64,000 nucleotides of DNA from NCBI GenBank assembly GCA_965226375.1, contig CBDDCX010000008.1, forward strand, positions 608,001 through 672,000. Reading direction: 5' to 3'. Made by a program: the position numbers and the translations under genes. This DNA is from Longimicrobiales bacterium. Lineage in GTDB: Bacteria > Gemmatimonadota > Gemmatimonadetes > Longimicrobiales > Gaopeijiaceae. This document shows positions 59,393 to 64,000 of the stretch, piece after piece (the first letter of the stretch is position 1; every line of letters starts with the position of its first letter). Below the pieces are notes generated by a model, which was given only the letters and a program-made list of their open reading frames with translations, was not told where the DNA came from and did not search any database.

Positions 59393-60685
59393 CTAGGCCG
59401 CGATCGCTCCCGTCGAGACGTCTTGCGGATCGTCGACTGGTGGGCGGACCCCGAACCAGAGGACCCCCGCCAACAGAGACAGCGCGCCCGCGGTCGTCAA
59501 GACCGCAATCCATCCCAGCTTGTCAGCCAGAATGGGCGTCACCGCACCCGCCACGATCCCGCCCAGGTTGTTGGACATATTGAGTGCCCCGCTGGCCGCG
59601 CCCGCGCGGCTGCCACCGATCTCCACGGCGCTGGCCCAGAACAGTCCCTCGGTGCTTTCGATGAGCCCGAGGGCGACCGACAGGAATCCGATCGCCACAT
59701 ATGCGCTTGTCGCGGTGGCGCCGCCCACGAGGCACCCGGCGGCTCCCGTGAACGCGATCACTGCCACGATCCGCTTCCCGTTGAACGTGCCTCTGGTTCG
59801 AGACAGTCGGTCGGCAATCCAACCGCCGAGTGGCGATGTCACGGTGGCGGCGAAGAACGGGAGGCTAGCGAACACCCCGCCCTGTAGAACGCTGAAGCCT
59901 CGCACGTCGACCAGGTACAGGAAGAACCAGAAGATGAACAGGTACCACAGGCATCCGAGCAGAAAGTAGCTCGTGAACAGATATGTAAGGCTTCGTTGGC
60001 GCAGCACGCTCCAGAGCTCGCCCGCGATCTGACGAGCTCCGGAGAACTCGAGCCGGCCCGGGGAAGCGGAGTTCACGCCCCCGTCGGCCGTTGGTTTCCC
60101 CAGGTAACGCCAGCAGAGCAAGGCAATGATGAGAGGTAGAATCGTGGCCCAGTAGAAGGATGCCCTCCACCCGATCGCAACCATCAGTGACGCGACCAAT
60201 GGCGGAGTCACCGCGGACCCCAGCATCGTGCCGGCGATGATGATGCCGAATCCCACCGCGCGCTCGTGGGGACCGAACCATGCCTGCATCTCACGGGCAC
60301 CCGCCGGGTACGTCGGCGACTGGAGAGTGCCCAGAATCAGGCGAAGTACAATTAGCGCGACGAGTGCCGGTGTACCCACCATGACCAGGGTGCCCGGGAT
60401 GATGCCGGTGAGAACGGTGATCACGCTCCACCCCAGCACCGCGGTCACCAGCACCTTGCGGGGGCCCAACCAATCGGCCAACAGGCCCGCGGGGATCTGA
60501 CACACTGTGTACCCCACCATGAATGCTGCGAACACCTGACCCATCTGGACCTCGGTCAGACTCAGCTCCGGCATCATGAACTTGGCGGCGATCGAGAGGT
60601 TCATGCGGGTCAGGTAGCTGACCAGACCCAGACCGGCGAGGATGGCCACGATCACCCATCGCGGGGCCGAACGGTCGCGCGTCAT
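59393..60685 (-). CDS. MFS transporter (anion:cation symporter-like)
   Basis: SYLTRMNLSIA, GLLADWLGPRK and WFGPHER motifs. About 12 TM segments. Confidence 0.9.
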   Translation of the reverse strand: MTRDRSAPRWVIVAILAGLGLVSYLTRMNLSIAAKFMMPELSLTEVQMGQVFAAFMVGYTVCQIPAGLLADWLGPRKVLVTAVLGWSVITVLTGIIPGTLVMVGTPALVALIVLRLILGTLQSPTYPAGAREMQAWFGPHERAVGFGIIIAGTMLGSAVTPPLVASLMVAIGWRASFYWATILPLIIALLCWRYLGKPTADGGVNSASPGRLEFSGARQIAGELWSVLRQRSLTYLFTSYFLLGCLWYLFIFWFFLYLVDVRGFSVLQGGVFASLPFFAATVTSPLGGWIADRLSRTRGTFNGKRIVAVIAFTGAAGCLVGGATATSAYVAIGFLSVALGLIESTEGLFWASAVEIGGSRAGAASGALNMSNNLGGIVAGAVTPILADKLGWIAVLTTAGALSLLAGVLWFGVRPPVDDPQDVSTGAIAA

Positions 60686-60749
60686 GAAGGTTGCCCTGGG
60701 GCAGGTGGCGCCAACGTTGGGCAACGCCAGGGGGTCAGGTCTGGGCAGA

Positions 60750-61469
60750 TCAATAGCCCGATTCCAACCTCGTATTGACCACCATTTCGGGCACCGAGGC
60801 GTTGTTTGGCAGGCGCAGCAGGAACGAGACGATCTCTGCCAGAGTGTCGGGCGGGATGCGCTCGGCAACCGGTGTCACGCCTGGAATCGACTGGATCATC
60901 GGCGTGTCTACCGCGCCTGGGCAGAGCACCGTAACGCGCACACCCCGCTCCCATCCTGCGGTCTTTGCGGCGTGACTCAGCGCCAGTACGGCGTGCTTGG
61001 ACATGGCATACCCCACCGAGACGCCCTCGCGGTAGCGCTTGGCATCGGTCGAGGCGACGTTGATGATCCGGCCGCCGCCGGTCTCGGAAAGATGGGGCAG
61101 GGCGTGGCGGATGAGGCGGAACGGCGCTTTTACGTTGACGGTCCAGAGCTCGTCCAATAGCTCCTCGTCACCTTCGTCGAAAAAGATCTGGCGCAAGATG
61201 CCGGCGTTGTTGATGAGTGCGTCGATTTGCCCGAAGTGCTCGGCGGTCGCGTCGACCCAGGCCCGGGCGGTGTCGGCCTCCCCAGCCTCGAACCGACAGA
61301 TCAGTCCCCGATCGGGGACCAGCTCCGGAAACATCTCGCGGGCCCGTGCGACGTCGCGGACCCCCAGCGACAGCCGGAACCCGTCCTCGGACAGGCGCCG
61401 GGTCACCGCAGCTCCGATTCCTCCGGTGGCCCCCGAGAGCATCACGACCCGGTCGTTCGGATCGATCAT
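60750..61469 (-). CDS. Short-chain dehydrogenase/reductase
   Basis: SGATGGIG, NNAG and YAMSK motifs. TGATG coupling. Confidence 0.9.
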   Translation of the reverse strand: MIDPNDRVVMLSGATGGIGAAVTRRLSEDGFRLSLGVRDVARAREMFPELVPDRGLICRFEAGEADTARAWVDATAEHFGQIDALINNAGILRQIFFDEGDEELLDELWTVNVKAPFRLIRHALPHLSETGGGRIINVASTDAKRYREGVSVGYAMSKHAVLALSHAAKTAGWERGVRVTVLCPGAVDTPMIQSIPGVTPVAERIPPDTLAEIVSFLLRLPNNASVPEMVVNTRLESGY

Positions 61470-62251
61470 CAAAACAGTCCCTGATAGACGCCGCCGTCGT
61501 TGATGATGTTCTGACCGGTCATGAAACCCGACTGGGCGGCGCAGACGTACGCGACGAGATCGCCGCATTCCGAGGGGTCGGCAAACCGCCCTGCCGGGCA
61601 GTTCTTCTTCCGGTCCTCGACGATCGCTTCGTACGTCGTATTCCCGCGCTCCGCGTGGGAGTGGAGGTTGGTGTGCAGTGCATCCGTGTCGAAGAGCCCG
61701 GGACAGACCGTGTTGATGGTGACGTTGTGCCCGATCAGCTCCCGTGTCATGGAGGCGATCGCACCGCTTAACGCGAGCCGTGCGGCGTGGCTGGCGGCGA
61801 AGCCCACCTGTGGAAACTTGATAAAGCTCACCGACATGTTCACGATCCGGCCGAAGCGCCGCTCACTCATGCCCGGAACCAGGGCACGGATGAGATCCAA
61901 CGACGAATAGAAGTGCCAGCCCAACCAGTCGTCCCAATCCGCCCGCGCCATGGTGCGGAAATCGGCCGGCACCTGCCGGACGCCCGGATTGGCGACCAGG
62001 ATATCGGCCTCGGCGCAGGCGTCCAGGACCGCCGCACGTCCCTCCTCGGTCGTGATGTCGCCGGGGACGGCATGGACCGTGCCGCCCGTGCGCTCTGCGA
62101 TATCGCTCGCCGCCTCCTCGAGCGGCTCTTTCGTGCGCGCGGTGATCCACACCTCGGCACCTTCCCGAGCCAGGGAGAACGCACACGCCCGCCCGAGTCC
62201 CTTGCTGGCAGCGGTCACGATGGCGCGGCGTCCCTGAATGCCGATATCCAT
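61469..62251 (-). CDS. Atypical SDR-family oxidoreductase
   Basis: TAASKGLG. SHAAR in place of YxxxK. FMTGQNI..DGG. Confidence 0.88.
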   Translation of the reverse strand: MDIGIQGRRAIVTAASKGLGRACAFSLAREGAEVWITARTKEPLEEAASDIAERTGGTVHAVPGDITTEEGRAAVLDACAEADILVANPGVRQVPADFRTMARADWDDWLGWHFYSSLDLIRALVPGMSERRFGRIVNMSVSFIKFPQVGFAASHAARLALSGAIASMTRELIGHNVTINTVCPGLFDTDALHTNLHSHAERGNTTYEAIVEDRKKNCPAGRFADPSECGDLVAYVCAAQSGFMTGQNIINDGGVYQGLF

Positions 62252-62255
62252 CGCG

Positions 62256-63701
62256 CTACACCTCGGCGTCGGGTGCGAACGAGCCGGCCAGCAGATGCGG
62301 GGGCACTCGGAAACGGCCAGCCGCGTCGCGGAACTCTTCGCGGTCGGTGATCACTTCGGCGGTGTCGCGGGTCACGAGCACCGTCGCCGGCAGTCGCTGC
62401 GCGTTGTAGCGTGCCGCGCTCGACTCGACGTAGCCCCCGGTGTCGAGGAACGCCACGTAATCGCCCCGCTCGAGCGGCGGCATCTTGCGGTGGCGCCCGA
62501 GCTCATCGGAGTTGCACAGCGGACCGACCAAGTCGACCGTTTCGGTCCCCTCAGCGGCGGCGTCCCTGACCGGAACAGCGTGATAGTACCAGTCGAGGAT
62601 GGCCGCCCACGACAGGTGATTGGTCGAGAGATCGAGATTGACCCACTTCTTGTGGTCGCCGGTCTTCACGGCGCCCACGGTCCCGACCGCGACACCGGCG
62701 GGCCCCGACAGCGCTCGCCCGGGTTCGAGACGGAGTTTGGGCAATGGGAAGTCCAGACGTTCGGCCTCGTCCTTGATCGCTTGGGCGCACTCCCGGGCGA
62801 AGTCTTCCGCATCAGGGGCGCTTTCGTCGTCGAGCTGTGTGTTGGGGCCCGTCCCGTACCACTTGCCGAACGTCCAGCCGCCGCCGATGTCGATGGTCGG
62901 TACCGTCCAGCCCGTGTTTTCACGAATATACGCGGCCCACGTGATCATTTCGCCCGCCATCACGGCGAAATCGGCCGCGACATTCGACATGCGGCTCAGG
63001 TGGAAGTGGATCTCCATCAGATGCAGGTGCGGAATGCCCTGGGCGCGCTTGACGATCTCGACCGTTTGCTCGCGTGTCATGCCCCACTTGGTGGAATCGC
63101 TCTGCTCCTTGAGCGTTCCCGGTCCATGCATGGCGACACCCTCGCGCTGGGCCAGAGGGTCTAGATCGAGTGCGAGGCGGATCCCGATATCCACCTCCTT
63201 GCCGAGGCGCGTAGCGACCGCGTCGATGCGGTCGAGCTCGTCCATGGCGTCGATGTTGATGCACAGCCTGTTGGCAACAGCCATCTCCAGCTCCTCTTCC
63301 TCTTTGTTCGAGCCGTTCAAGACGAGCGTCGTCGGGTCCGTTCCGGCCAGGAGGGCCAGGTACATCTCAGTGTTCCCGAAGCAGTCACCCCCCGCCCCTT
63401 CCTGATTCATGATGTGTCGGATCGCCAACCCGTTGTTGGACTTGTTGGCGAACAAGATCTCGCTCTCGGGATAATGCTCGCGAAACGCGTCACGGAACGC
63501 TCGGTAGGTGTACCGGAGCTGATTCTCGGACATGATGAGAAGGGGGCTGCCGAAGCGGTCCACGAGCTCCGCGACGTCGCACCCGTCGACCCATAGGTTG
63601 CCGTTGGGGCCGATGCCGATGAATTCGCCGAAACTGGTTTCATATTCGCGCGGCTCGAGCTGCGGTGCGCGCCCTGACTTGGGAAGAGTGGGTGCACTCA
63701 T
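62256..63701 (-). CDS. Diaminopimelate-decarboxylase-like (fold III PLP) enzyme
   Basis: FGSPL, FANKSN (PLP Lys), HFHL, IDIGGG, EPGR, GPLCNSD and TGGY motifs. Confidence 0.85.
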   Translation of the reverse strand: MSAPTLPKSGRAPQLEPREYETSFGEFIGIGPNGNLWVDGCDVAELVDRFGSPLLIMSENQLRYTYRAFRDAFREHYPESEILFANKSNNGLAIRHIMNQEGAGGDCFGNTEMYLALLAGTDPTTLVLNGSNKEEEELEMAVANRLCINIDAMDELDRIDAVATRLGKEVDIGIRLALDLDPLAQREGVAMHGPGTLKEQSDSTKWGMTREQTVEIVKRAQGIPHLHLMEIHFHLSRMSNVAADFAVMAGEMITWAAYIRENTGWTVPTIDIGGGWTFGKWYGTGPNTQLDDESAPDAEDFARECAQAIKDEAERLDFPLPKLRLEPGRALSGPAGVAVGTVGAVKTGDHKKWVNLDLSTNHLSWAAILDWYYHAVPVRDAAAEGTETVDLVGPLCNSDELGRHRKMPPLERGDYVAFLDTGGYVESSAARYNAQRLPATVLVTRDTAEVITDREEFRDAAGRFRVPPHLLAGSFAPDAEV

Positions 63702-63750
63702 CGTTGAGCTCCTACTAGGGTTGGTCGAAACGACTTCAGTCGAAATGGCT

Positions 63751-64000
63751 TCATAGGACGCCGAGGGCGGCCAAGCCGCTCTCCAGGCCTTTGAGCGGTT
63801 CGTCGGCCAGCGGCTGCAAGGGCAGACGGGGGTTCCCACCTCCGGGTAGTCCCTGCATGTCCATAGCAGCTTTCGTAGAGGGGTAGAGCGTCCGTCCACC
63901 GGTCGTGCAGAGGTCGGTGAGCTTGCGGCCGAGCGCCTGCAGCTGACCGGCGCTCTCCAGATCGCCCCGGTGTGGGGCATGATAGAGATCGAGAGCGCCC
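63751..64000 (-). CDS. C-terminal part of a second DapA-family protein (5' end outside window; not in ORF track)
   Basis: Manual translation gives ..LYHAPHRGDLESAGQLQ...KAAMDMQGLPGGGNPRLPLQPL...LGVL*. Confidence 0.75.
   Translation of the reverse strand, partial: GALDLYHAPHRGDLESAGQLQALGRKLTDLCTTGGRTLYPSTKAAMDMQGLPGGGNPRLPLQPLADEPLKGLESGLAALGVL

Overview
High-GC bacterial chromosomal segment. The gene content resembles Gemmatimonadota, but that is inference only. Five blocks are visible. (1) 1-3 kb: a LysM protein, a flavin reductase and an adenine deaminase. (2) 3.1-12.3 kb: a type IV pilin locus with a PilS/PilR-like sigma54 two-component system, a Dol-P-Man-synthase-like GT2, two TMTC-like GT-C membrane glycosyltransferases and two Ser/Thr-rich pilins behind a sigma54 promoter. 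This is a candidate pilin O-glycosylation system. (3) 12.3-39.5 kb: housekeeping and proteostasis genes (aroC, aroK, topA, trmFO, xerC, hslVU, gcvT, mogA-like, a sigma54 activator, engB, lon, clpX, clpP, tig, tRNA-Leu, degP, dnaK). It is interrupted after hslU by a small accessory patch (vapBC, orphan mazF, a gene remnant, Fic, a frameshifted beta-barrel gene). (4) 39.7-43 kb: a Tat-exported amidohydrolase and an M28 peptidase. (5) 43-64 kb: an uncharacterised catabolic island that continues past the window end. It holds an ABC transporter, two amidohydrolases lacking HxH, three SDRs, an old yellow enzyme, two DapA-family lyases, a D-amino acid/opine dehydrogenase-like complex, a NAD-kinase-like protein, a divergent GcvPA/PB pair with altered active-site motifs, an MFS transporter and a LysA-like decarboxylase. 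No CRISPR array, rRNA or transposase was seen. All calls rest on motif recognition by eye; no database searches were run.
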